Part shown: piece after piece, positions 1-13,539 of the stretch
Position numbering within the stretch: position 1 is the stretch's first letter
How the letters are laid out: each line of letters begins with the position of its first letter
Assembly (NCBI GenBank): GCA_030141605.1
Contig: JAQGDQ010000588.1
Span: 1 to 64,000, forward strand
Direction of reading: 5' to 3'
DNA length: 64,000 nt
Source: Tubiluchus corallicola
Lineage: Eukaryota; Animalia; Priapulida
Notes under the pieces: model-generated
Databases searched by the model: none
The model's input: the letters and a program-made list of their open reading frames with translations, nothing else
Told to the model about the DNA's origin: nothing
Translations under genes and position numbers: made by a program

Positions 1-3000
1 TAGGCAATGAATGCAAGTCGAAAATCTTTGGAGTAACATCGAAACCAAATCTAAAACAAAAAACATTATCTTTGCTGTTATATATAGGCACCCCAACACT
101 GATGTATTGTCTTTTCACAACGAGATGGAGCGCAAACTGGCATACATTAACAGATCAGCCGTGAAATGTTACATATGTGGAGATATAAATATTAACTTGC
201 TACAGCACAAAGAAAAACAATACATTGCTGACTATCTCTCCATGTTATTTTCTAACTATTTTGTACCAGTAATTACGCGTCCCACTAGACTCACTCAGTT
301 CACAAAAACTCATATCGATCTTGTTTACACCAATGATATGAGTCAATATATTGTGCCTGGTATTATTCTGTATGAAGTGGCTGATCATCTGCCAATTTTT
401 TGTATTGTCAAATCTTCACTATTACACAAAAAGAATCTCACCTACAAAATACGTGACCAATGTAAATTTAATAAAGATAAATTTATTGAAGACCTAAAAA
501 ATAAATTCATGGAAGCTGATATAACTCAGCTCCCAACTCATGACTCTTTCTCTATCTTTATACACATTTACAGTCATGTCCTAAATACTCATGCACCAAT
601 CAAAACTCTGTCACATAGAGAAAGGTTAACATGGTCCAAACCTTGGATAACTCCTGCTATTTTAATATCTATTAAAACCAAAAGTAAATTATACAAAACA
701 CATAAATTATCCAATAGTTTATTTAAAAGAAATTATTAGAAAATACATTCAAATAATTTGAATAGAATTAAAGAGGCTTCTAAAAAAAGTACTATTCTCA
801 AATAATTCAAAACAATAAACATAATATGAAAAAAATGTGGTCTACTTTCAATGATATATGTAACAAGAATAAATGCAACAGGAATAAAATAAATAAAATT
901 ACAGTTAATGGCCTTGAAATAACTGATCAAGGTAGTATAGCAGAGACTTTTAATGAATATTTTGCTTCTATAGGTTCAAATATGAAAAATAAAATCCCAC
1001 AAGTTTCAAAATCCTTCCAATCATATCTGGGGCTAGAAAATCCACACTCTCTTTTTCTTGACCCTGTTACAGCACCTGAAATTGAATTGTTAATTAATAG
1101 ACTAAATGAACAGAAATCACCCGGACCTGAAAAAATAACAGTATATTACTACAAAATTGCGAAGGAATTATTATGTCCTCTGTTAACTACATTATTCAAT
1201 AAATCTATTTCCACCGGTATATTTCCAGATATTCTAAAAATATCTAAGATTGTTCCAGTACACAAAAATGGCCCTGTTGTTAATATTTCAAATTACAGAC
1301 CAATCTCCTTACTTTCTCCTGTTGCAAAGATATACGAAAAAATTTTATACATTCGCCTAGAGAATTTTTTAAACAAACATAATATATTAAACATCTACCA
1401 ATTTGGCTTCAGAAAAAGCTACTCCACTTCTCTTGCTGTATCTGAATTGTGTGACAGAATTAATAAGGACTTAGATCAAAAAAAGCACATTTGTGGTATT
1501 TCTCTGGATTTATCTAAGGCATTTGATACTGTCCAGCACAATATATTGACTCATAAGCTTGCTCATTATGGTATTCGGGGTAATGCGCTGTCACTCTTCA
1601 CGTCGTATTTAGAAAATCGTAAACACTTTACTGCAATTGATGATAATGAATCACAGAGAATAAATATTACTTGTGGAGTACCACAGGGATCAACGCTTGG
1701 TCCATTATTATTCCTGGTATATGTTAATGATCTACCTTTGGCATACAATTTTCATACCAGATCGTTTGCAGATGACACAAACCTGTTTATGGCTGATCAA
1801 AATCTTAAAAGTCTCGAACATAATGTTAATGCTGAAATTTAATAAAATTGATATTTGGATGAAGGCAAATCAGTTAAGTGTCAACTACAGTAAAACCAAA
1901 TTTATGCTTATCACTAACCAACAGACTAAAACTGACCTAGACAATTTTAAAATTAAAATGGGTAAAAACATCATACAGCAAACTGATCAAATAAAATATT
2001 TAGGTTTGTACATCGATAACAAAATGTCATGGAAACCGCATGTAAGCCACATCTCGTACAAAATCAATAAAGTTGTTGGTATAATATCTAAGATTAGGCA
2101 CTATGTTGATAGAGACACACTTAAAGTTGTATATTATGCTCTGGTTTATTCTCACCTCCAATACTGTATTCTTACTTTTGCTTTTGCACCAACAACTACT
2201 CTCCAACCTCTCATAACTGCTCAAAATAAAATTGTCAAAATAATGAATTTTTCCCAAATTAGAGATCACGCAACACCTGCCTACAAAAACTTTCACATTC
2301 TAAAGCTTCATGATATCTCTAATCTTGAACTAGGTAAATTTGTTTTCAAATTCAAACACAATCTACTTCCTGAAATATTTTCTGATTATTACGTATACAC
2401 CTCTGATATACATCGATATAATACGAGATCTGCAAAAAATGCTTTTTTTGTAAAAAGGTTCGCAACCTATAGAGGCCAATGTTCGATCAAATACAAAGGT
2501 GTTGTACTGTGGAACTCTCTTTCACCAGACCTATTAGCAGGTACATTGTTTACTTTTCAAAAACAGTACAAAAAACAACTACTAATGAAATATGATTAAG
2601 ATTGTGAATTATATTTGTCTCCATGTCTTGGTTTACAGAAAACAGAAAACTCCTCTTCATATGATAAAATCTTTATTGTTTTGAGTATGTCTTCTAAATG
2701 CAACTGTTTCCTTCCAGTATATTCTGCTTGATGTCTATGAAATGTTTTTGAAGATGCCATAAAATAAGTAAATTTCTCTGACTTGATGATAGACACAGTA
2801 CAGGTAAATTTATACAATACACTGCATGCAGACTAAAATTGGTTTATAAAGTATCTTATAAAATCATACAAATTATGTTGATAAATATATTTACAATTTT
2901 TGTTAGGATTGTGCATGTTGTTTGATTTTTCTTTTATATACATAATTATTTAAAACTGATAATTTATAACTGCATGTGTTTTTTTTTTCGATATTTTTAT

Positions 3001-3408
3001 TTTTATAAAGAAATGTATGACTCATTAGAAATGTGTATATATATGTATATATACATATATACATATTTAGTTACTGACTGTGTCCACAGATTGGGATACT
3101 GATTATGCATGACCTTTTCCTTTACGATCATTTAAGCATGAAATTAAATTGCATGTTATATTATTTTCCTAAGTTCATTGAGTCATTAATCTACGTTGAT
3201 TTTGTTAGTTTTTTGGTAACCTTATTTCTGTTCTCATTAGTTAAAAATTAGAAATTGCACAATAATAATTTAATACTCGGTTTGGGGTGGCTGATTCGAT
3301 AGCAAATGTTTTTCGCCACCCCTTCCCTTTTGCTTGGTTTTTCTTATTTATATCTATTTTATTTATATTGTTATTGGGATAAAAATAAATGATTTTGATT
3401 TTTTTTTT
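1..3408 (+). mobile_element. Non-LTR retrotransposon (CR1/L2/Crack group LINE): APE endonuclease + reverse transcriptase ORF2 broken by frameshifts, with 3' UTR; cut off at window start
   Basis: ORF 11-739 has APE motifs (IYRHPN, GDININLL, PTR, IDLVY, DHLPIF). ORF 826-1842 has RT motifs (YRPISLL, QFGFR, DLSKAFDTV, GVPQGSTLGPLLFLVYVND, FADDT). ORF 1673-2599 has KYLG and the C-terminal LWNSL. Frameshifts near 735 and 1838. The 3' end has a hairpin GGGGTGGC...GCCACCCC (3284-3322), AATAAA (3384) and a GATTTT/T-rich tail. Confidence 0.93.
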
Positions 3409-4001
3409 ACATGAGGCGCTTATCACAATCTCACTGCTGAAACTTTCTAATATTTTTCTCAAATATTAGAATAAGCTCAACTTCCCGCGAGACTTGACTT
3501 TTGCTTTAAATTAAGCTTTGATCTGAAGGAATAATAACTCACTGTCCATTTCATCTTTGTGCATACCACATAAAATCAAGTGAAATTATAATGACACCAA
3601 CATTAACTGATTAAGATTTAAAATTATTAGAATCTTCCAGAAACAGTAAAAGCGGATGTTTACAAAAAAGAATGGATTCGTATTCCTAGTCACTTCCTTC
3701 ATTACTTTCAATTGAAGTGTTTAAAATATTATTTAGAAGTATAAGAATAAAGTCCACTGTATCATTAATTTTTATGCAACTCGGCACACTGCAAGATGGA
3801 ATCCAGCACCCAACAGTAATGTGTACCCAACATTGGTATTTGTATTGAACATATGCGGTGTAGTAGAATGTACAGTATATGGTGAGTATAGAACTACAGT
3901 GCAGGCCTAATGCCAAGTACTACGACTAGTACTACTACTAGTAAAGGAACAAGAAAAATCCCAAAAAATTTTAACAGTCCGCTGTGTCTTAAGTACATTA
4001 C

Positions 4002-4151
4002 TTGTTTATATCTTCCGTAAAAATATAACAGCTGATCACTGTGCAACTTAGATGTCAATTGTTTCAAATTTTCAGCTGCCTTCTGAAAAGAAATTTCTAA
4101 ATTTTCATTTAGAATGCTAATGTCCAAAACATCGTCCACAGATGCAGCCAT
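4002..4151 (-). CDS. ACBD6: Acyl-CoA-binding domain protein 6, first coding exon (rest of gene lies left of window)
   Basis: MAASVDD...FQKAAENLKQLTSKLHSDQLLYFYGRYKQ is followed by donor GTAATG at 4001. Matches the remembered ACBD6 ACB-domain start (FEKAAAHLQGL...EQLLYLYARYKQ). Confidence 0.8.
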
Positions 4152-4330
4152 AATTACTTTAGCAATAGGCGCTGTCTTTGTTACGACTTATGAACTCCCT
4201 CCAATACAGCGCACGTGATATGCACCTGACCCGGACACTCTACTGAGATTGTTTAATATTTTAGAGGCATTCAAAAACAAAAATTAATAATAGAAAATCT
4301 GACGTCAGAGATGTGAAGAAATTTTTTTCC
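4152..4330 (-). promoter_or_regulatory. Putative ACBD6 promoter
   Basis: Locally CpG-enriched, directly upstream of the ATG. E-box CACGTG at about 4212 and CRE TGACGTCA at about 4300. Confidence 0.35.
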
Positions 4331-4686
4331 GCATCCAATTTCATATTTTAGTTTCAGTGTGTCTCCACATTACAAATACTGGATTAATTATTATTTTTAC
4401 TTGCAGTGAGTAAACTGCTCTTATATAATTGTTTTGTATATTAATGTGCCCACTGGGAATTTTTGGTTTTGTGCACGCCTAACTGGCGTTAGATTCTACG
4501 TTGGTTTTTTTTATTACATTAAATATTTGATCGTGTATGAAAGTTTTCAGCACGTCAGATTCTGTGCTGAATTTCTGAAGAAACTAATGAAAACTGCAGT
4601 CGTTTTTAAAAAAATGTTGCTAAAATTTGTTAAGACTAAAATGACTAATAATAATTGTTACGGCTTGCATACATGCGGATTAGTTC

Positions 4687-4900
4687 GCACGTTAAAATGT
4701 ATCAAGTGGCACAATTTTGGCTTGTCACAGTAAAGTGACGTAACGGCAAATTTTAGTTTTGAGAAAAGTTAATTGCGATCCCAGGGAAAGATGCACGTTA
4801 AAATGTGTCAAGTGGCACAATTTTGGCTTGTCAAAGTAGAGTGACGTAATTGCAAAATTTTAGTTTTGAGAAAAGTTCATTACGATCCCAGGCAAAGATG
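4687..4900. repeat. Tandem duplication of an approximately 107-bp unit
   Basis: GCACGTTAAAATGT.TCAAGTGGCACAATTTTGGCTTGTCA...GATCCCAGG.AAAGATG occurs twice in tandem with few mismatches. Confidence 0.85.
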
Positions 4901-6029
4901 CTGTTAACTGAAGTACATAAATCTTTTTCAATGCGTATAGTGTAATACTGAAATGAGCTTTTGTAAATGCGGGAAGTAGGTCACATCGAGCTTTAGCACT
5001 GAAACTCTGTTATTACTAATGACAGTTCTAGCAAATAGACAAAGCAGTGTAATTTCTTTAAAGAAAAGTTTAATTTACTCAAGATGGAAATACAGAACAG
5101 GAAAGGCTACAAACAATGTTTTGCATAATAAAACTTTGCATTTTAGACCTTGTACGACAATTCGTAATTGTTTTTAAGGTACACAAATTTTAGTAGCATC
5201 TTAAAGATCTCATAACATATGTATGATACTTCTAGCTACACTGTAACTAATAAACAAAAAAATGTCATGTGTTCAAAACAATGGCACCAGTTGGCACTCT
5301 AAAGCTAAAACTATAAGGTCCGAACATGCTGGTTTACTTAACTCTATCTTGCCTGCAAACAGAATTACATGTATATCTATTTTATAATTTTTATTTTATT
5401 CTATAAAATTTGATCACTTAATCTCTAACCGATAGTAATGCGGTACTGATACATTTTATGCAAATTTTGACATCAAAAAGGAGAATTTTATAAAGTTAAT
5501 GATCCGTTGTAATATTATAGTATTTTAGTCTGTCATAATCAAATTGATAGCTAGGTCTATATAAAAAAATAATTACGTTTGATAATTCCCTTACTCGTTT
5601 TTTACACGCATCAAAAATACTGCAATTACTTTAGGATTATTTTCTAAGCATTATTTCATTATGCAGTTAGCTGGCGTTTTGTATAAGGCGAAATAATTGG
5701 TCTAACAATCTTTTATTGTAGCGACTTTTCACAATAATTACTGTCGTTGTTAAACAGACCGCCAAATCAAAGCAAGCCACTCTGATGGGTAGATACAATA
5801 ATATAAATTTATATTATAGCATTCCGTTTTTATTAGCTCGCCAGCTCGTCAGTAAACCTTTCCCTTCTAAAGAATTTTTTATGCACCGATTCCTTCATGA
5901 TGATTATGTAATCAGTCCACTTCATCTTATTGTAATGAACACCACCATTAAAACTGTAGAAAAAATCTTTTTATAAATTTCAGTAACTCGCATTATAAAT
6001 ATGACGAACTGTTTTTCCAGTTTAGAAAA

Positions 6030-6899
6030 TTACAGAAAATCTTTTTCACAAATATATTGTTGTTCATGTAAACAATTCATGTCATTCCACTTGTAATCCA
6101 AGTCAGCCACTAGATCAAGACATTCTTCCTCAAAATGGCTAGGTTGCCCTTCTGACCAATAAGTGTAGACAAAATCTTGTTCATCTGCTGCCCATTTCCA
6201 CCGATCGTTCACAGAATGACCACCTGCCCAGTAACGACCCCACTGATTATGTAAAGCATGGCTTACTAACCAATTACTAACAGCTCTCTGTTTTCCTGCT
6301 GAATCTATCTTCAAGAGGGTAGCGTTTAAACGTTCACAGTCTTCTAATGCATCACTCCAAGATTTTTGTCTAACGAAGATAGCAACACACCATCTGCACT
6401 CAATAGGTGCAAAGCCATGGCCGAAATTGTAGCAAGCCTCTGTCACGGGATCCACTAAGACACTTTTAGTATTTTCGTGGACAGAACTGAAGTTCAAACC
6501 AGATTGTATTGACTGCACAGCATTCAGAATGACATCAGTTTTCGCGCTGAAACTATTTACTTTTCTGTACAAAAGGTTTATCTCAGTGCTTTGCGCTTGA
6601 ATCCATGTCCTTAGATCCCAAGCATCTCGCTTTAATTCCTCTAATAAACGCATTTTTTGGCGAATCTCATCTAACCGTGATATTAATCCTGCCAACGAGC
6701 CATCATTTGCTGACAGCGATGATAGCTTTTTTACAGATTCGTTAATAGAATTGATGCTATTGTCCAAGCGAGTAACATCATCCACTGAACAAAGTTGTAT
6801 AAGACTCTGTCCACTTTCTTGCTGGAGAGAGCTACACCGTCCCAAAATCACTACACTGCAAATACAAACTAAGTGGAAGCCTTGCAAAGAGGCAGCCAT
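6030..6899 (-). CDS. Secreted C-type lectin domain protein with coiled-coil neck (perlucin/collectin-like architecture); single coding exon, 289 aa from ATG 6899
   Basis: Hydrophobic N-terminal signal-like segment, heptad-rich region, then CTLD motifs (SWSDALEDC, YWAGG, WKW, YTYWSEGQPS, ECL, WNDMNC, YICE). Splice acceptor at 6919-6920 suggests an upstream non-coding exon. Confidence 0.9.
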   Translation of the reverse strand: MAASLQGFHLVCICSVVILGRCSSLQQESGQSLIQLCSVDDVTRLDNSINSINESVKKLSSLSANDGSLAGLISRLDEIRQKMRLLEELKRDAWDLRTWIQAQSTEINLLYRKVNSFSAKTDVILNAVQSIQSGLNFSSVHENTKSVLVDPVTEACYNFGHGFAPIECRWCVAIFVRQKSWSDALEDCERLNATLLKIDSAGKQRAVSNWLVSHALHNQWGRYWAGGHSVNDRWKWAADEQDFVYTYWSEGQPSHFEEECLDLVADLDYKWNDMNCLHEQQYICEKDFL

Positions 6900-8489
6900 C
6901 ACCCACGTAAATAATGCACTGCAAATAAATGAACTCAGTCAGGCTCTATGAATTGGACTGTTTATAAACAGTTTGTTCAAAATAAACACAAAAACTAAAT
7001 GTAAGGATGTAGGCGTTCCTACATTCTACATGCAGGAAATGGGTTTTCCCAGAAATGCTGTGCAGCGCCTTCCGCACACAACACGAACTCTATGGGAGTA
7101 TATCGATCTAGGTCGGTAGTTGCACAGTGCACTCTCCATTTGTAGATGAGATCGCGATATACTTGATCATACTTGTCTGTGTGCGTCGAACGCCAGATAA
7201 GGATTTCAGTGAGACGAGCAACAGAGCACCTGCTCACATTATGCTGTAGTTTTTTGGGGGATGTTAATGTTAGCAAGCTTTTCATTACAGTGTAATATAG
7301 AATATCTATATATGTGTGACTTTGAAAACTTGGACGTCAATAATTCAAAATTATTAATTTTTTTATCATGCGTACGGTATTAAACATGATGATCTAACAA
7401 CTTGTGATTCAACCGTAAAACGTAATGTCGCGAATAATTAACATAAAGTCTCTGCGTTTTCTTTCTTTTTCTTTTCTTACTTTTCTTATTTTTTATATTC
7501 AGGTTAATTGCAATAGCAGCCACTGAGCAATTATTGATTAATAATTGGAATGTTGATTGTATAAAACTAATGACATTTACCTAGGTATACCTTTGGGCAA
7601 TATCTGTGGGTGATATGCTGTGTACATGAGTAACTTCATTTCAAAAATCTGAACTTCAATCCTTAATAACAATGTGGTTTATCATATTAATAATAGTGTG
7701 GTAATGCAAAATCACAAGTAACCTAGTCTGGAACAAAATACTCCACGCACTTCCTCACAGCGTCAAATCTGCATTTATTGATACCCAAATTACACAATCA
7801 CGCAGTTAGCTCCTTGTTAATATTTACAGCTCCCCCAAGTCCTATCTAGCACAGTATAATCTCAATGGACAGTTCAGCATGTCCATTGTTAGCTAGGCAG
7901 ATGATGACATGGTAGATAATCCGAACAAGAGCAGCTCGTTCTGGTGACAAAGTGTTGTCACCTCCTCAACAAAAGGGGTGATTTCTGCGTAATTAGAATG
8001 AAAACAATAAACTTAGCTCCCAGATGTTCCAAGATAAGTTGACTGACATAGTGGTTCTCATAGTCATAGCCTTATCTAGATCATTCCTAGATTTAGAACA
8101 GCTGCTTATAAACCGAATTTTCCCTCGGACTTCCAATGTAATTAAAAAATAAATTAAAAAATATTTTTTTGAAAACTACAATCTCAAACGATTTGAGAAG
8201 CATATCAAAACCTGTCAAATGAGATATACAAAAACTCTGAACATGTATTCATTTCAAAGGGAAACGAATGACAACCCAGTGCTGTACAGTAATATCTCTC
8301 ATCAGAATACACTGGCGTCTTGCTGTTACATTTCTTGTGGTAGTCCATGCATTCCTAAATGCAAGTAAAATCCCACAGGGAAAAATGGCAATGTAAACAT
8401 GACATAGGTAAAAATGGCACAGACGAACATTCTACACAGTGTTTGTCTACATTTCTTTAGCCATTTTTTCCGATGATAATAGACGGACA

Positions 8490-8845
8490 GATATACTTTT
8501 TGGTCCGATGTAGTAGGTCCGCCAGTCAAAAAGCCACAGGACCACCAGGCAAAGGTTCACCAGCCAAAGAACTATCAGTCATAGAACCATTATCCACATT
8601 GAAATGGTCAAAGGATCACCTGTCACATTCGATTTTCTGAGGACCACCGGTCAAAGAATCACCAGCGGATGTGCTTCCGGCAGCATTATTAAACGCTCGA
8701 AGTTCTGGAAAAATCATCAGACTATTAAGGACCACAGATCAGATGATCACCAGACAAATGACCACTGGTCAAAGGGCAACCTTCAATATTTTAAAAGTGG
8801 TCAAAAGGCCATCTGTTGGGGGATAGACTAAGGCCCACCAGTCGA
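8490..8845 (+). repeat. Degenerate minisatellite (GACCACYGGTCAAAG-like unit)
   Basis: Many imperfect copies of GGACCACC/GGTCAAAG. The same family occurs in reverse orientation at 11197-11332 and 12055-12160. Confidence 0.6.
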
Positions 8846-9022
8846 AGATACCGCCCGTACCGTGGATACACACGATCCTCCTCACCAAAACAGCGAGCAA
8901 ACTGACATCAATAAAAAGTGCCAATTTGCAAGATCAAAAACACGTATTTTGTTCACTTTGTACACATAAGTTTCTTCTTTTCCACCAATTTACGATTACT
9001 AAAACTGTTTACTCGTATTTCA

Positions 9023-10100
9023 TTATACTTTTATCTGCAAGAGCTCTGTGACATACAGTCGAACTTTTCTTAATTTATCTATGTGGGTATCACTAATATC
9101 TTGCACAGATAATCCCCATTTATTAATGTATGTTGACCTACATTCAAACATATGTTCCGTAGTATCATTTGTAAAATGACAGAACGAACATTTCAAATCT
9201 TCTTTATACGAATTTCTAAAATTTGCTTTTACATAAATCATGTTCAACCTTATAGCTGTAATTTCTTTCATCTCGTCTAAACGACATTTTAACTCATAGT
9301 TTTACCTTTGAAAACTGTTGTTTTTTTAGAAATCTTAATTTTTTCACCTTCTCTGTTTAAATTTCAAGTTCATTTTTGACAAACACATTAATTTCGCTTT
9401 TTATGTACTTCTTCCATTTAGACTTTTTGGCTGAATTTATATCAACTACATTTAGGTCAATTTTTGTATTTGATCATAATATCTTTAATTTCAGAGTACC
9501 AACATTTATTAAAATTGTTACTTATTTGTACATTAAAACCTGCTTAGCCACCCTTTCATCATTTGAATTTATTAATAAGTGATACTACATTAATTTTTTA
9601 TATTCTATTCTACATAACATAGGCCATGTCTGCGTTTCAGCTAGCATGCCCCGATATGGCGTACTGTTTTTTTGGCACAAGATTTTTGATAATGTGTCTC
9701 TTTGAATACTCTCAAACATGTCTACTTCTGTTTGAGTGAGGTTAGTCCAAGTCTCACTATTATTTGTTAAAGATGGAACAACGATATTTTCGTATAACAT
9801 TAAACGTACTGTTGTTACAGAAGAACCTACTTTTGTTTCACTACCAATAGCCAACACCTCGGATATTATAAATTCCATTTTCTCTCGCCTTTTTTTTTCA
9901 AACATCAGATGATAATTATTTCTAGTATTAAATCAGTCTCCCACATATTTATATTCATTTGTTTTTTTATTCGTCCATTGTTTACATTAAGTACTAATTA
10001 TTTTGTATTTTGTTTTTTTTGTCATATCAGTCACCATATACTTTGTTTTTTTAAATTAAATGACAGCATTTTTTGAGTTTCTGTTTCTCTAAAATTCTCA
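9023..10100 (-). mobile_element. Degenerate LINE 3' fragment (RT C-terminus plus CCHC zinc knuckle)
   Basis: Fragments with YKYVGD, LYENIVVPSLTNNSETW and CSFCHFTNDTTEHMFEC, broken by stops and frameshifts. Confidence 0.75.
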
Positions 10101-11196
10101 ATTACTCTGCATACAGTTTTGGCACTGCCAGCAGATAAAACACCGTTTACATCGCCAGTGCGGACTGCAATTTGAGTGAAACTGCTTCTTTTACTAGCCA
10201 TTAACATTTTATTTATCAGAGCCTGACGATAATTTTTGGTGATAATAATAATGATTGATAAATAATGTCTTGTAATTTTTTCATTTTCAAATAAAATTTA
10301 TGTCGTACATTAAAAAGTAGATAGCTTCGCAAAGAAAGTTAAAATACTCACATGTACACAAGATTAACAGATGAAAGACTAATAAAAAGCGAATTAGTTG
10401 CTTTAAAAGCAACGGAAAGGCGTTTGTATTAAGTAGGCTTGAGGATAGAGTTTTTGAGAGACTGTTTAATATAAAAACATCGTTTTGTAGCAGATAGTAC
10501 TCGCCTAATTGTCGTCGCTGACTTTTTATAGGTTTGGCATTTATTCAAATTTACACATGTGAATAATTATATACATGATTAAAATGTGACAGCGCGTTTC
10601 AAATTCTAAAAAGAAGACTATCACAAGTCTTTTGTCCACCTTTAGAAATTGCCGATCGTTGCAAGTGAAACATGAAACATGTTACTCCTGCTGCCTGATC
10701 TTAAGTAGTATCTATTAGTGCTAGGTTCATCTTTGTTAGTCGCAATTTCAGGCAGGTGTGTCGTACTTATAAAAATAAAGTTTGATGTGTACTATACTGA
10801 CTTTTTTCCTGATTACCGAAATCAGATGTCCTGAGTTACACTTGAAATGTAAACGTTGTTAGCTTAAATACACTCGAGCTCCAATTAAATCACAAAAAGT
10901 ACTACGTTAAATTTAATAAATCTAAACTATACATTTATACATTTAAAAACGTTTTAAAATATTAAAGCTCATTTTTTATTTATTTTTATCAATTTATTTA
11001 TTTAATTTATACTACCATCTAATTCTTCAATGCATAATGTAGTATTTTCGGCCTAGTGTATAGAAAGTACTGACTAATAGATCGTGCAGAATTTTACACT
11101 TTAACCTCTGCAAGTAATATATTATCTCAACAAAAAGCAAAACTTATCTAAAATGGTTTTTTGGTTAACATTTGCGTTGTCTGCTATTTTTCATTT

Positions 11197-11332
11197 GGTG
11201 GTCCTTTGCCTTTCCAGTTGAACCTTTGACCAATGGTCTTTCGTCTGATGGCTCTTTGACTGGTTGTTCTTTGTTGGTGTTCGTCCGTGGTGGTCCTTTG
11301 GCCGGTGGTCTTTGACTGGTGTTCTTTGACCT
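11197..11332 (-). repeat. Degenerate minisatellite, reverse-complement copy of the 8490-8845 family
   Basis: Repeated CTTTGAC.GGTGGTC-like units. Confidence 0.6.
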
Positions 11333-12054
11333 ACACCTCATCCTCTGCCTCTCTTTCTCAGTTCCTCCTCTGTTTGTAAACTGTCAACTTGTCAATTTAT
11401 CTACAATACGTTTTTCTATTCTTTCAATTTTTTTCTAATTTTTTGTCTGTCACTCTCCTCGTTCCCCTCTTTCTCTCATCATACCTCTCCCTCTTTTTCT
11501 CCGTTCCTTCTGTATTTGTAAGCTGACAACAAGAATCTTTTCTGTTTTTTTCTTTCATTTTTGTCTGTTGCCCTCTCTTCCTTCTTCATTTTCTCACATT
11601 CTCTTACTCTTTTTTCTCAGTTCTTGTTCTTTTTGTAGACTACCAAGCAAGAACTCTTTAAATTCTCTCTCTTAAACGCGCTTTTTCTCTCGCCGTCTCG
11701 TTCTCCTTTTCTCATCCTGTCCCTCTCTTTCTCAATTCTTTCCCTACTTGCAAACACTGTACAAACCAAACCACGCAGTTCTTAATCCGCTTTAAAAACT
11801 AATTGCTTTGGAGTGGAGAAGTTTAAACCTTAGCCGTGTTTTAATACATAAATAAAGCGCATGGTAATTACAGTACACGAAGAATACATAAAATACACTG
11901 TCACGACCTGATTGAAACTTTAATTTAATTTTATAAGTCTATAAATTATATAAAACTTTACAATTTGTCCTATGCAGATAATAATTGTAACATTATCTTA
12001 GCAGAAGGCAAAAATGTTTTAAATAATTTTTCTGTTGCCGTTTGCGTTGTTTAT

Positions 12055-12160
12055 CTGGTGATCTTTGACCAGTGGTTATATGTCTTTTCAGTTTAATCTT
12101 TGACCAGTGATTCTTTGCTTGGTGGGCTTTGTCCAGTGGTCCTTTAGCCTAGGTCCTTTA
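12055..12160 (-). repeat. Third array of the same degenerate minisatellite
   Basis: Repeated CTTTGACCAGTG / CAGTGGTCCTTT units. Confidence 0.55.
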
Positions 12161-13308
12161 ACTAGTCTAATCGTTTTTTGGAACTGCCATTGCAGCAGAG
12201 AAGTTGTAGCAATTGTTACAATGGTGGCGCCCAGTCAAATACCTGTAAATGAAAGAAATTATTAAAGTAATGTAAATAACTCGAACACGGCTTAGCGATC
12301 GACTGTATCGTTGTTGGGCTTAGTATATAATAGGCAGGAAAGCCTGGCTAATGCATATAACGTTAAATTAATTAGCTTATTTTCGGGCAACCAAAGTTTG
12401 CTAAACTAACACTTAACATGACTGAAATTTCGCATTCTCTCGGCGCATTTTCAGTTTGATTTTCGATGCGTGTAAAGTCAAGTCTGCACTTCGTCTTGCT
12501 CCAGGTAAACTCACCGCAGGGTCTGTAAACGATACTTATTGTTCCTGAAAGTAATCTTAATTAGGAAGCGTGGTTTGTAGAAAAGGGTGCTCTAACCCAA
12601 ATACATGTATCTGAGAGTAATGGAAACTATAAAGTACAATATGTTTTCATTAGTCAAAGTGAAATTGTGTTCATCTTTATGCATGTGTAATTTAACCATT
12701 TTAAGCGATTCAGTACTATATACGTGATTCATTAAACCTTGTCGCTCAAACCTACAGACTTACCGGCGGTATCTTCAAAGACGTTTTACATGGAAGAAGA
12801 TTATGTGAAAACTGCGAAATACTTTAACTGATCCTAATTTATACGCAATAGAAAAGGCGGTAACAGAAAGTCATGGGTTCCATGACGCTCCCACTGAATC
12901 AGCGGCATAATTAACCTGTCCTATTCGTTTGTTATACCAATTAAGTAATACAGGTGCGTTCACACCTGGCTTTGTCTTGCGGGAAATAATTAACTAACTT
13001 GTCTCATTATATATTACTTCCCACCAGAATAATTAATTGACTCGTTTATGAGATACTTTGGTATAGCCCAATCCCTACATTATCTGAACTGTAAAATAGT
13101 GTATTACTCCTATGACATAACTCTTGTTTCATAAACTTAGGCATGTAGAAATATGTGCCTTGCATATAACTTTAAACAAGAAAAAATATTTTTCTTTAAT
13201 GTAGCAAAAATTACATTAATGAGACGTTAATTTCTTTTAATAGGAGCAGCAGTCTTACGTGTAGAGTTTTGCTGTTAAGATTGTTGTGACTTCGTCTTAA
13301 AATAAACT

Positions 13309-13391
13309 TTTACTTACTTACTTAGTTACTTACTCACTTACTTATTTACTTACTTGCTTGTTTGCTTGGTTACTTACACCGTAGTTACTTA

Positions 13392-13422
<31 letters not shown>

Positions 13423-13539
13423 CATACATACATACATACATACATACATACATACATACATACATACATACATACATACATACATACATACATACATACA
13501 TACATACATACATACATACATACATACATACATACATAC
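13309..13539. repeat. Compound tetranucleotide microsatellite (TTAC)n degenerate + (TACA)n
   Basis: Pure TACA run 13393-13539 preceded by TTAC/TTGC units. Explains the YIHT/MYVC ORFs. Confidence 0.97.

Noticed and set aside
3410-4000. Searched for ACBD6 exon 2 (G.CN.PKP.FFDF.GK.KW)
   Set aside because: Not present; it must lie left of the window beyond the LINE.
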